64,000 nucleotides of DNA from Batkoa obscura (lineage: Eukaryota), in contig JASVEC010000002.1 in NCBI GenBank assembly GCA_030770535.1, positions 1,860,001 through 1,924,000 on the forward strand, written 5' to 3'. Numbering within the stretch: position 1 is the first letter of the stretch; every line of letters begins with the position of its first letter. A program made the position numbers and the translations under genes. The notes under the pieces are model-generated. The model was given only the letters and a program-made list of their open reading frames with translations, was not told the DNA's origin and searched no databases. Below, piece after piece: positions 39,052 to 51,301 of this stretch.

Positions 39052-39438
39052 ATGAAACCTTTCAACTTAATTTCAGTCTCTTTCCTTACCATTGTAAGCG
39101 CTTCTTATACTCCTATTACTCCACCAGCTTATGATCATCATCCATTGACTCCACCAAGTTACGATGTTCCACCATTGACTCCACCAAGCTATAATACCCC
39201 TCCATTGACCCCTCCAGCTTATAATACTCCTCCATTAACTCCACCAAGCTATAATGTCCCACCTTTAACTCCACCAGCTTATAATACTCCTCCATTGACC
39301 CCTCCAGCTTATAATACTCCTCCATTAACTCCACCAAGCTATAATGTCCCACCTTTAACTCCACCAAGCTACAATGTTCCACCATTAACTCCACCAAGCT
39401 ACAATGTTCCACCATTAACTCCACCAAGTTACTACTAA
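39052..39438 (+). CDS. Secreted Pro/Tyr decapeptide-repeat protein (11 x NxPPLTPP[S/A]Y)
   Basis: 17-aa signal peptide followed by 30-bp tandem repeats; ends in YY; TATAAA at about 38966. Confidence 0.85.
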   Translation: MKPFNLISVSFLTIVSASYTPITPPAYDHHPLTPPSYDVPPLTPPSYNTPPLTPPAYNTPPLTPPSYNVPPLTPPAYNTPPLTPPAYNTPPLTPPSYNVPPLTPPSYNVPPLTPPSYNVPPLTPPSYY

Positions 39439-39835
39439 ATGCTATATATGAGCAAACTTTAATGTAGTATTATAAGTTTAAAATAAATGATCAAGTCTTA
39501 AATATTTTTGATGCTTTTTATAATTCAATATGACAAGGCTTTAAGTATAGTAATTTATGATTTAAAATTAATAAAGACCAGTTTTATAATTTATGGATAA
39601 GAAATTCAGGACACAATAACAATTTCTATTATATGATGTTTGAGGTCACTAGATAAAATACTCTTGTATTTATGCCTTTTAAGATTTTTAAATGAAAGTC
39701 ACTCTTACAACTACGACCAGTGTCTTGACTCAAATCCTAGATAAAATACCAGCCTTTTTACAATTTTTGTAAGATCAATTAATTTAATAGTTAAATTCAA
39801 TGCAACAATATATATTGACAAAACAAGGCTAAAAT

Positions 39836-42125
39836 TTATTCATTTACTAATTCATTTAACTGGGACATTCTTAAAGCTAAGAAGAAGCCAGAGATATTTT
39901 TTCTTTGCTTAATCCAAACATCATAAAGAGTTCTTAACTCTAATACAGTTTCTACTGAGTCCCCATTGTCCATATACAATTTATATTTATCTCTCACATG
40001 AACTAATTTGAATTCTAGCTTATTTGAAAGTGGCCCAACGCAACTAACTTTGACAATTCCATTACCCTTAAATTGAAGACGATATCCGAACATAACTTCA
40101 ATAATTTTAACAAAATTTTTGTATTCATTATAGGTGGCCTAGATAATAAAATATAAATTTATTTTATAGTAAAATCAGAGCTTACTTTTAAATTTATTTT
40201 GGCTTTAGAATATAATCCTGTGTTCCTCTGGCTTAAAATGAAATTATCTTGTTTATAAGAATTCAATTCTGCTTCTAACTTTTCTATTTGGGCAGATTTT
40301 GGTATTTCTTTTTCAAATTGATAGAAGTCAACCATTGTTCTTAATGCCGAAACTTCACTCATTATTAACTCAAAATACTTTTCTTTTTCACGATAGAGAC
40401 TATCTTGGGATGGATTGTCTTTCAATGTGATTGCCTATTAGTTTATAGTATTCATGTAATTTTGATCATATAAATTCAACTACCTTAAGCCCACTTCCAT
40501 TGTGGCCGTTCTTTTGGTTAAGGCCATTCTTTAAACTAAGTAGTTCCATACTTAAATCTGAAGCAGTTGATTTCCAGCGGTTGATTTCTAATTTTATAAT
40601 TTAAACAATTCATTTATCAATCATTGAATTTACCAGTAATTAATCGAATTCTGTCAAATTTTTTTTCTTTCTCAATGGCACCAACTTTTTTTTTAGCTGT
40701 CTCATACATTTTTTTAATTTTCTCTTCTCTTTCATTTGTTTCAGTGTCATCAATGCTTTCATTGTTATTGACTCCATTATTATCTTCATCATCGTCAATT
40801 CGTATATTATTCTCTGCATTATTTTGATCGAAGACATTAAAATCATCCATAGAGGATGTGGATCCATTTTCAAGCTGATGGACTCTATCTTTATAAACTC
40901 CTAACTTATAAAAAGATAAACTAAAAATAGACAACAAATATGAAACAATTACTTCATACTCGGTATCTACTAACCTAGCCTGCATAATTTTTCTTTCTTT
41001 TTCTAACTTTTCTTTTTCTGTATGTAAACTCTTTACGAGTTCATCTTTGATTATTCTAACCATTTTTCTACTCTCATTTTGAGGTTTTGGTTTCCTATTT
41101 TATTAGTAAATTGAAGCTTTATGATTATCCATTTACTTTTCAAATTTAACTTCTCTTAATAAATCATAACCAAGCCCCGCCCCGCCCATGGTATATATTA
41201 AATCATCTTTTGATTTATTAAGTTCGCCAACACTTTTATTAAAAGCAGCCAAGTTTTTATTGTTGCTTTCAAAAGTCTTTATCACATGGCCTATTCAATA
41301 TTATTGTTACTCTCATTGATATTCAGATAGAAGTTGATTTACCCTTGAACTTCGAAATGGCATTTTTGAGATTAACTTCATCCTCATCTAATAAAATAGT
41401 TGTATTTAAGTCTATTCCAGATTGGTTTACTCTTATTTGTTCCTCAGTAAGTGTATTATCTCCAAACAATTCAGCATGCTATACTTAATTTAACTATAGT
41501 AATATTTATTCGTTGACATTGTTTTACCTGTCTATTATTGGCAGCCAAGATTCCTTTTAAGTAATTGCTTTCACGAATTTTGGATTTAAGTAAAGAATAC
41601 GTTTTTTGAACTGAAACCATTAGGTCTTTATAATGGTTATTAAGCGCTAATTTACTATAATTAGTACATATAATATCATTAACTATGTACATTTACTATC
41701 ATCACTAAACATCACTTCTTCAGAATCATATAGATTATTACTTCCAAGAATACTTCCGAAGCTTATGTCATTCAAATGCTGATTACCAGTAGCAGAAAGT
41801 TCATGCGACATGTTCCTCTATATTAAAAAAAGATTATCAAAACATTTATAAATCAAGAATGGCTTACATTGTTATTATTCTCTTCTTGCTGGGCTTGTGG
41901 GCCTAAAAAACTCAAATCTACGCCAGTACCCTGGGTGAAAGTAAACGTCGATAAATCTAAATCATCGTTAAGGAAGTCGAGGTCATGGATTCCTCCATCA
42001 TCACTTTTAGCATCATCTCCATTGTTATTAGTTGAATCAATTCCATTGTTCATAGCATCTATCATTCTATCAGGGTCCTGAAAGGCGCTTTCATTTATAT
42101 CAAAAGAGTCGTTGGGATTCGACAT
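39836..42125 (-). CDS. MAD1: Spindle checkpoint protein MAD1-like
   Basis: Coiled-coil exons, a ITLKDNPS MIM-like segment, C-terminal MFGYRLQFKGNGIVKV..ISGFFLAL typical of the MAD1 RWD domain. Confidence 0.75.
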
Positions 42126-42806
42126 TGTTGTTTTATTTTAACAATTTATATATACAAAAAAATGTTAATGAAAATTAGGAATTTGCTATTTATATTAAAA
42201 ATTTGATTTTTAATTGGCTATTATACCATCATGTTCTCACCTTCTACCTATTATTTTGTATACAGTTATCCCTTCATTTCAAAATTGAAAATTGAGCTCT
42301 GAAGCTGACATGTATATTTTAATCTATACTTTGAAATTTTGATTACTTAGATAAGGATTTTTATTTGATTATCAAGTTCCTTAGTATCAATATTAAAGAC
42401 TATGAACCTATTATAAAAGTTTAATTTTAATTATTTTATTTGTTAATAAACACTTGCCCAAAATGATTTGATAGTTTGGTTTTTTTAAAATCAAATTGAT
42501 TTAATTTAAACCAAAGGTTTACTATGTTATTAGAAATTGTTTTAAGTTAAAGTACCGAACATATTTTTTATAATTTAATGGTGTAAAACTCCAATATTCA
42601 TTATTTAACATTAAGGTACTGTAAACAAATAAAGCTTTCATTTTTAATCAACTATCAAATTAGAAGCCCCGTTAATTTTGTACAAAAATTTGTTTTGTAC
42701 TCATTTTTTTTGGGTACTGTAGATAAATCTAAAATTACATAAGTTCATATTAAAAATAAAAACTATATAAACAAAGATAGTTAATCGGAAAGAAGAACAA
42801 ACTGAA

Positions 42807-43733
42807 ATGAAATTCGAATTACTAATCTCCTCTTTATTAAATATAAACTTGGTTCAATCTTATGCCACTTTCCAACAAAGTGATGCAAACAGTGATCGAG
42901 TCAATACTCCTGTGGTCAACAACATGAAACAGCCTGATATTGATGATGTAAAATTAGGTGCTTGGTATGCAGCCTTTGCAGTATGTCCTAAATCAAAATT
43001 ACAAACCTGGTCCTGCAAAAAATGTGATCAAACACCAAAAGTTAAATTTTTGAGATATTTGTCTAAACCAACTAGTGGAACGGCAGGTTATGTTGCAGTA
43101 AGAGAAGATAACAAAGATGGCTATTTTATTGTTTCTTTCCGTGGCACTAAGAATGCAATGAACGGAGTTACAAATGGTTCTGCTGCACAAGCTAAATTTA
43201 GTGCTATCGACGATAATGAAGCTAGGGTACATATGGGTTATTTAAATTCCATGGAGACATTATCAAAGGATTTCATTGGTGAATTGAAATTGCAATTGCT
43301 TAATGAGGTCTATAAAAATTATAAGATTAAAGTTTATGGCCATTCTTTAGGCGGTTCTATGGCTTCATTAGCCTCAATTAAAATAAAAACAGAGTTAAAT
43401 ATCAGCTGGGATCGCTTAGAGCTATACACCTATGGTCAACCAAGAGTAGGCAATATGAAATTTGCTAAATGGTTTGATGGTAAAGAAATCTCTACTGCTA
43501 GAGTCGTCAATAATAATGATTCAGTGCCCCATGCCCCACCCGTTGATGTATTAACCTATACCCATCATGGTAATGAATTATTTATCCCTGCTAAGGATAG
43601 TAATGTAGATGTTCACTATTGTAATAAGGATGTTTATGAAGATGTTGATTGTTCTTATTCGATTTCAAAATATTCGGAAGAAGCACATTATCATTTCTTT
43701 GATACTACAACCGGGGAAGAGTTTAATTGTTAA
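42807..43733 (+). CDS. Secreted class 3 lipase
   Basis: Signal peptide; IVSFRGT, VHMGY, GHSLGG nucleophile, TYGQPRVGN, RVVNNNDSVPHAPP, HHGNE. Confidence 0.95.
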   Translation: MKFELLISSLLNINLVQSYATFQQSDANSDRVNTPVVNNMKQPDIDDVKLGAWYAAFAVCPKSKLQTWSCKKCDQTPKVKFLRYLSKPTSGTAGYVAVREDNKDGYFIVSFRGTKNAMNGVTNGSAAQAKFSAIDDNEARVHMGYLNSMETLSKDFIGELKLQLLNEVYKNYKIKVYGHSLGGSMASLASIKIKTELNISWDRLELYTYGQPRVGNMKFAKWFDGKEISTARVVNNNDSVPHAPPVDVLTYTHHGNELFIPAKDSNVDVHYCNKDVYEDVDCSYSISKYSEEAHYHFFDTTTGEEFNC

Positions 43734-44338
43734 TGAGAAGATAATATACATGTCAAAACAAATTTGTTAAACTATTTAGTAAAGATGATAGATTCTCATG
43801 AAAAGTGTTATAGAATAAAATTAATAAATTAATATAATTTTTCCATTTTTCAGAGTTGAAATTGTAGCTCAACATGCTACTGTTAATAATTTAATACTTA
43901 ATTTAAGAACAGATATAACGTTTAGAATGTACCATTATTATATTCAACTTCTTATTAAAGCCTACCTTTAATTTTTAATTATTAGTTGTGATATATAAAT
44001 AGAATTATGCTTAAAAGTTTGAAGTAATGGCTATAAATTTAAATAATATTTAAATATCATTTAAATATCTATCTTAAAATCACATAATCACGAAAAAATC
44101 AGTTTAAATAATTAAGTATAGTCAAACTATTCTAACAAAAGGATTAGGTGCTTAAAAGTCAAGAGTTATAAAAGGATAGTTTTTTTCAATATACTAGATG
44201 ATCGAATATTTCAAACAACAATAGGATAGTGTAAACAGTAACTCGAGCTATTGAATACAACTTACAAGTATTACTAACTTCCTGAAGTTCTAAATTATTA
44301 TTTCATGCTAATATCCTTAAAACACATTTTATATAGTT

Positions 44339-44440
44339 ATATGGGGCTGTTTTTTTTAGTTTCATTATTTTTCCATTTTTTAAGCGCTATTTATGTGGAA
44401 AAATTGTAAAATTCTTAAATACAAAAATACATCCCCATAT
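44339..44440 (-). mobile_element. 104-bp MITE copy 12
   Basis: ATATGGGG..CCCCATAT. Confidence 0.85.
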
Positions 44441-44535
44441 GTTTAAATATTATTCAAGCATCAGTATATTATAATAAGGGCAATAAACCGATCCTTAATG
44501 AGTGTAATTCTTTTAAAAGTCTTTGAATAACTTTA

Positions 44536-44840
44536 TTAAGAATAAATTAAAACCAAACCGAAAAAAGAGGCTAGTATTATAATAACTGTCAATAAGATGT
44601 AAGCTGGAAGGGGTAGAGCTAAGAGTGGATCTGGAAATAAGCTTAAGATATAATGCTCTCGATCTAAAAAAGGCTATTATATAAATATTATGATTAATAT
44701 TTAAAATAATAGGTTGGAAAATAAGTAAAATATAATAAACTAATAATAAAAAATACTATCAATAAACACCAGATAAAATAATATAGAAACAAACAAGTAG
44801 AAATGAATATAATGTTAAATCCAAGTGTGGAATCTTTCAT
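44536..44840 (-). CDS. DPM2: DPM2-like protein (copy 2, 73 aa)
   Basis: Exons 44840-44757 and 44673-44536 give MKDSTLGFNIIFISTCLFLYYFIWCLLIPFLDREHYILSLFPDPLLALPLPAYILL..; intron at the same position (before PF) as copy 1. Confidence 0.75.
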
Positions 44841-45155
44841 TGCTATTTTTAGCCTACTCTTTTAACTAAAGAAATTTTAGTAAGATTATGTTTTTGTTTT
44901 TTTAACCCAAGTTTGAATTATTATTTAATTGGCTTCTAATTTACCTACTAATTGTGTTGATGTTTTCGAAAGATAATTCTTAAATTTATTCATTTTAGTG
45001 TTTTGTAGATAAAGTCCATTAAACTTTTGCAATAATATCTGCGTTTGGTTTTACGTAACCAATGATAGTCTCCGAGTAATTCTTAATAAATTTATGTTCA
45101 GAGCTAGCAACAAAAAGGATTAATATTTTGATTAAAAAATTTTAATCATTTTACA

Positions 45156-46576
45156 ATGGAGCAACAAGATGAAAACATAGATAATTATAATGAAGTTAAT
45201 GGTCAAAAAATTGAAACAGATGAAGAATTAAAAGAAACAAAAGAAGATAGTCCAAAAAATGGAACAAATGAGCCAAAGATGAGTGAAGAAAGAGATACTG
45301 AAAAAGATGTAGTTCAAGTGGGGGAAGAGTTAGATCATAACAGGAATGAGCAAGAAATCGGTCTAAAGCAAAGTAAATTAAATAACCTAGAAGATGAAAA
45401 GGAGGATTCTAAACTTAAAAACAAAAACAAGAGTATAGAGGAGGAAGAAGAAAAAGAGGAATTGGGAAGAGAAGTAAAAAAGGAAGAGGGGAATCAAGAA
45501 AACGAAGAGGAGAATCAAGAAAAGGAAGAGGGGAATCAAGAAAACGAAGAAGGGAATCAAGAAAACGAAAAAGAAGGGGAACAAGAAAAGGAACAAGGAA
45601 TTGAAAGAGAACAAGGAAAAGAAGAAGAACAGGAAAAAGAACAGATAAAGATGGAAGAAATTAACGAATCAGAAGATATAAAAGAAACTAAAGAGCAGGG
45701 AATTAACCCAAAAAGTTTACTTGTTTTGAAACCAAAAGTTGAAAGATATGAGCGACAGCTATTAAAGCGTAGTGTAGCAAAAGTAGCATTGAAAAGAGGC
45801 TTCCACTCTGTAGAGCCACAAACCTTAGAAGCACTAACGGAAGTAACTGGATTGTGTAAGGATAATTTATAAAAACAATTCATTTCACTGATTTTCGTAT
45901 AGTTTTAGAACAGATAGCCTTTAGGTGCAAAAGATATGCAGAACATGGTAATCGAATTATGCCAAACGCTTTGGACATTGAACAAACATTGCAGGAATTT
46001 AATATGGACTGGAGAAGTATTGGATTAACAGCTACCGATTTATTGGATATTGGAGCGATTCAAGGTATTTAATTTGGCTTTAGCTTTATTTTATATTAAT
46101 GACAGTAGTTCCCAAAAAGAGTCATATTGAAGCTAGAAATAATCATCACCATTATTATAAAGATGTATTAAATCCAAACAAAGTAAAACTACCAATTGCA
46201 CCGGATCATTTACCTGCACTACCAAAAGAGCATAGTTATAAATTCTCAGAAGTAAGTTTAATGAAAATTTGATGTTATTAAATTAAACCATTTTTAGGAG
46301 ACTGTACAAAGAATTGAGGACACACAAGTTATAAGAGAATTGAATGCGAAAGAAACACGGTTGGTAGAAGAAAATTTAAAAAGTTTTTCAATGAAGCTAC
46401 ATAAAAATAAAAAGAATGAAACGTTTAGTGAAATTAATACATTTGGCAATGAAAACGAAGAGGAAGAAGCTGAAGATAGTGACCAAGATGAGCCTTTTGT
46501 TAATTATGAAATGTCCAAGTTTTATCACATCGAACAAGGGTCTTCAATTAAGCATTTATCTAGGTTTAATGGTTGA
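45156..46576 (+). CDS. TAF8: TFIID subunit TAF8 with an acidic N-terminal extension
   Basis: Histone-fold/BTP domain RSVAKV..GFHSVEPQTLEALTE..AEHGNR..P..LD; TAF8_C segment PDHLPALPKEHSY..RLVEENL. Confidence 0.85.
45483..45566 (+). repeat. 4 x 21-bp coding tandem repeat (EEGNQEN) in TAF8
   Basis: Units of GAAGA(G/A)G(G/A)GAATCAAGAAAA(C/G). Confidence 0.9.
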
Positions 46577-46942
46577 TTTCAGTTAAACGAGGTTTTATTT
46601 TACTCTAGTTATTAAATAACCAATTTCAAGTATGTTGTGCTTTATTTTAGGCATAATTTTATTGAAAAATGCAATCTACGTTATTTTTTAGCACAATGAT
46701 TTGGTTATTGTTCAATAAATTAGCTTGAACTATAAATGAATTCTAAATTTTGAATGAAATTTACTTAAAAATTATTGAAAGGATTTATGGCTCCAGATAT
46801 CGTTCTGGTTATAGGACTTGCTTATATTCAACAGTAGTTTTAAATTTTGAGAATAAAATAGCAAATCTAAAGCTTAACTTAATCAATATAAAGTAAATAA
46901 AAAAAGATACTAAAAGATACTAAAATTCTAAATATTTTTTAT

Positions 46943-48701
46943 TTATACATAAAAAGTTCTTTCTTCATAAGTACGATTATCTGGATCAGATTTGATTTCC
47001 GGAGAATCAAGCTTAACAGTTACTTTCCATTTTCCAGAAGCAGGGGCAACTATGTTATTTTTATTTCTAGAAGCATCTACGAGTACATCGTTATAATACC
47101 AGTTGATGGTTATTTTCTCACCAGGGATAGTGAATTTTTCTCTATATTGACCAAGTTTAAGAGTTGTTAACACTACTTCATTGACATTATAAGTTAACTT
47201 ATCAATAAGTGAGACTCTTTGTAAAAACTTCAGCCAGATGCCCTCCTTACAAACACTACAAAATGAAGGTGAAGTCATATTTCTCATCAAGCATTTTTCA
47301 TTGCTTGGCCTATATGATTTTCTTCTTGAAGAATCCCAAGTAGGGTAAGCAGAAATCACTTCATTAGAAATCATAAATTCGCTTTCATTACCATATTCAT
47401 ACATGGTAACCATAGCAAGCATACGAGAAACATTAGGATCAATTGGCACCCCTTTATTACGGATAGTAAGAGTGTGAGTTCCTTTAGTAAATCCACTTGC
47501 TCCACTCCAATTATAGAACTCACGATCAATACTACCTCTAGATTTAAATGGTAATGCTACACCATCTAATATAATTTCTAAGCCATCAGCTTCTGGTACT
47601 CCAGTGATTGAGATTTCTAAATACCAACGTTTGTATGCCCCATCTGAAGTAAAAGTGAATTTTTGGAGTACACTTGTTAACTTGGCCCATGGATATGCTA
47701 ATACTCTATAAATAGCTTTCTCTTCTCTCAATGGTCCAGTTAACCATGATTTCCAAGAAACTGTATTTAAAGAAGCTGCTGCATTAACTCCTGTATAAGA
47801 CTCTCCATCATCATATTCCTCCCCAACTTCATTAAAGTTGTGACCCATTTCATGTCTCAATACTGTCGTTCCAGTTTTTGCTGATTTAGTAGCTATAATA
47901 AAATTTCCACCAAGACCGCCATAATAATCATCATTCGCAATAATTGCTGGGAAGTCACAAGCACTGACACCAGTTAATTGGCAGATCTGTTGAGCATAAT
48001 TTGGGTTTCCAGGATAGATAGCCCTAAATTGACCAGATTCACGATATAATTTAAATGGTGTGTTTTTAGGTCCATTATAGCCAATTCCAGATTCTTGCGA
48101 TTCTACATAGATAGCCCAAATATTAAAGAAAGGTAACCAAGATTTGAAAGTTGTGCCTTCAAACATTTCTTTGGTAAGACGAGTCATATCACTAAAAAAA
48201 GCCTCTTTCTGACTGGCAGTGTAACCATCACCCATAAATACAACATCTACTCTATTATTAGGATCACCATTGTCAATAATCTTACGTACCTCAGTTGCTT
48301 CAGCTAATTGTGCTTCAGGTAGGCTATTGGATAAAAGTGCTTTATTTTTGTTTTGGCATAGACTATTTAGCTTGGCTTCAACCGCAATTTTGGATTTACT
48401 ATACAACTCATAAATTATAGAGTTATCTTTTACTTCAACTTTGGTATCAGCAGCAGCAATTTGATATGGCTTTGATAATACAATTACAGCATTATCATCT
48501 AAGGTATCCAAAGGTTTATAAATACCTTCACTATTTCTTTCGATAACAGTACATTCAAGATTTGCACTATCACTACGCAATTTGATGTAGTTTACTGGTG
48601 GGCTAAAAATTGATGAGCTTTTTATTAATAAAAGGATTGAAGTAAACTTACGAGCAAAGAACGGCACTGATACAAAGAGAAATTAAAAGTGAGGGTTTCA
48701 T
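46943..48701 (-). CDS. Secreted M64 (IgA peptidase family) zinc metallopeptidase, copy 1
   Basis: NRVDVVFMGDGYT; HEMGHNFNEVGEEY zinc motif; CLMR..FCSVC; true start MKPSLLISLCISAVLCS at 48701 with a 49-nt intron at 48651-48603. Confidence 0.92.
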
Positions 48702-50145
48702 AATTATTACAGTAGTAATTAAACTAGCATAGCTTTAATTTACAGTCTTTTATATACATTTCATAACTCAGCACGGATTCGTTCCACTATATATGAAATG
48801 AACTACTTTTAATAGCATAAATAAACATTTAAGGAAAAAATAAAATAAATTTGGATAAGATATTCGGATAAGTTGTTCAATCGCAAATCGAAATTCAAGT
48901 CATGAAGTAATCTGTGTTCTAAAATCCTACTTAAAAAAACAACTTTTAGCAATTACATTTTATCTCTAAAGCACCTTTTATTTACAACTTCCCCTTCAAG
49001 CGAATACTCTATAGCTAATAATTTATTATATTCGTAAATGTATCGTAGATTAAGGATAAGCGTAGGTTTATAATATTCATTTATTTTAAACGCTCTATAT
49101 AATTAAATCAGTTTTTAAGTAGTTAAATATATATATCGCTTTTAATTCTTATATGTTTTAATTGCTTAATAAAAAACTGAGTATACTAAATTACTTTTTT
49201 GAGACTATTTTTTTAATATAAGGTTTTAACCACACTTATTTTATTTTCTGATAGCATTCTAGATCCCTTGTTCTAGTTTAGAAAAGTGACCAGAATATAT
49301 AGAGATAATGGATAAATGGGATTTCTTTTTCATATACTTCAAATGCTTGGTATGTGGAACTAGTAAAATAAACTCATGTTACTATTTTTTGTCATTTTTC
49401 TGCAATTCAATCTATTTATAAGATTAACAAACAAAATTATAGGGGGTATAAGTTGATAAACTAACATTAAAGTATACAGAAATGGTATAAAATTCACATT
49501 TTCATTGATAATCTGCAATATGATTTCATTAAACTTGTTTTTAAAGGCTAAAATTAAGTAAAATAAAAATGAGTTCTTGATTTGAAAAACACACTTTTTT
49601 AATAAGTGCAAAAAACGCGCGAAAAAAACTGCTTTTTAACATTTGATTTTGGTATGATTATTTTGTATATAAGAAATTGATACTTAAGCCAGTTTATTAT
49701 ATTTTATTTTGATATAAATGAAAGTTTTCTTTATCACTAATAACTATAATTCCATACCACTTAAATAAACAATTATAACTTTTCATTCAACTTTTTGTAT
49801 CTTCAATGATTTCTTTCTTGCATTATATCAGCTACGTATTTTAAATATTGTGAATAAATTTAAAGTAATAGACTATAAATAAACTTGAAAGAACAAGATA
49901 TATTAGATGGGTAAGAATAAGTGGCGCCTTGAATGCCAGCTTTGTAAAAATTAAAAACAGCTGATATTTATTCTGTAGATGCTATTAATAAATAAATCGA
50001 GATTGTTTGCATTGCCCTAAAAAAAGTAGATAACTACTAGCTTTCAGCCACTAAGGTTAATAACATGCCACCTAAGAAGTGCCATCTATTGCTTTATTAT
50101 AAGATTTCGGAGTAAAAATGAAAACACAGTAAACTGAAATTAATA

Positions 50146-50249
50146 ATAGTGATGTTTTTTTTGACTTCATTACTTTTTTTGTTTTTTAAGCGCTACTTGA
50201 GCGAAAAGATTATTAGTGAAATTCTTAAACATAAAAATACATCCCCAAT
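50146..50249 (-). mobile_element. 104-bp MITE copy 13
   Basis: Matches the consensus in reverse orientation. Confidence 0.8.
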
Positions 50250-50354
50250 ATTAAAATCAATATATCTATCAGCTAATGTAAATAAAATCGACACTGCTTT
50301 AAAAAAAACCTTCATTAGCATATTATATGTAACTAAATTTTAAACATCCTATAA

Positions 50355-50455
50355 ATATGGAGAAGTATTTTTTGTTTGAGAATTTTACTAACAATCCTTT
50401 CTCTTAAATAGCACTTAAACGGAAAAAGTGATGAGATCAAAGAAACCATCTATAT
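50355..50455 (+). mobile_element. 104-bp MITE copy 14 (degenerate)
   Basis: Consensus interior. Confidence 0.7.
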
Positions 50456-50495
50456 ATTAATTAGAGATCTTTAAATTGATTTTATAAGAGCAAAG

Positions 50496-50601
50496 ATATG
50501 GGAGTGTTTTTTCTGACTTCATTATTTTTTCCATTTTTTAAACGCTATTTAGTGGAAAATTTGTTAGTAAAATTCTTAAACATAAAAATACATCCCCATA
50601 T
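50496..50601 (-). mobile_element. 104-bp MITE copy 15
   Basis: ATATGGGAGTG..CATCCCCATAT. Confidence 0.85.
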
Positions 50602-50770
50602 TTTACAATGTTTACTGATTTAGGTATTTATTGACGGTTACCAAAATAATAATAATAAGATTACATTATATCAGACCAAATGCTTTAAAAATTTACTTAT
50701 CGATCTTTCATAATCAACCAAAAAAATTTATAGTATATGAAATTATCAATAAAACAGAATAATCATTAGA

Positions 50771-50874
50771 ATATGGGGATGCATTTTTATGTTTAAGAAT
50801 TTTACCAATAAATTTTCCACTTAAATGGCGTTTAAAAAATGGAAAAAATAAAGTCAAAAAAAACACTCCCATAT
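50771..50874 (+). mobile_element. 104-bp MITE copy 16
   Basis: ATATGGGGATG..CACTCCCATAT; shares variants with copy 15. Confidence 0.85.
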
Positions 50875-51200
50875 AATTTTAAATTTTAATCACAATTTAT
50901 TATTTTGAATGCAATACTTAAGTTATTCAGCTAATGTTTTAAACATTTAATTTAAAAAAATTTAGATTTGAAAGTCATTAATTAATACAAACTATCATTT
51001 TGTTTTGTTTTTATCAGTATTATAAGGCTTTGTACTTTTCTTTACTTTTAAAAGCTTTTTTAATTTTTTATAGTTGCAACAAATTTTAATACTGTCAAAA
51101 TAACTTTTCAATTTATTTCTTTATTTTTTGTTATACTTATAATTGCCTTAAAATAAAAGATCATAAAATTAATTAAGTTAATTGTAATATAATAAATAAT

Positions 51201-51301
51201 AATGAGTGTTTTTTTGGCTTCATTACTTTTTCCATTTTTTAAGCGCTATTCAAGCGGAAAATTTGCTAGTAAAACTCTTAAACACAGAAATATATCCTCA
51301 C
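51201..51301 (-). mobile_element. 104-bp MITE copy 17
   Basis: Matches the consensus in reverse orientation. Confidence 0.75.

Noticed and set aside
35153..39427. Overlapping alternative-frame and antisense ORFs (35153, 35560, 37359, 37829, 39116)
   Set aside because: Shadows of repetitive, codon-biased real genes; the same applies to the ORFs at 2350, 10652, 41869, 45387 and 45557.
50149..50343. ORF-track 64-aa protein
   Set aside because: Derived from MITE copy 13 plus flanking sequence.
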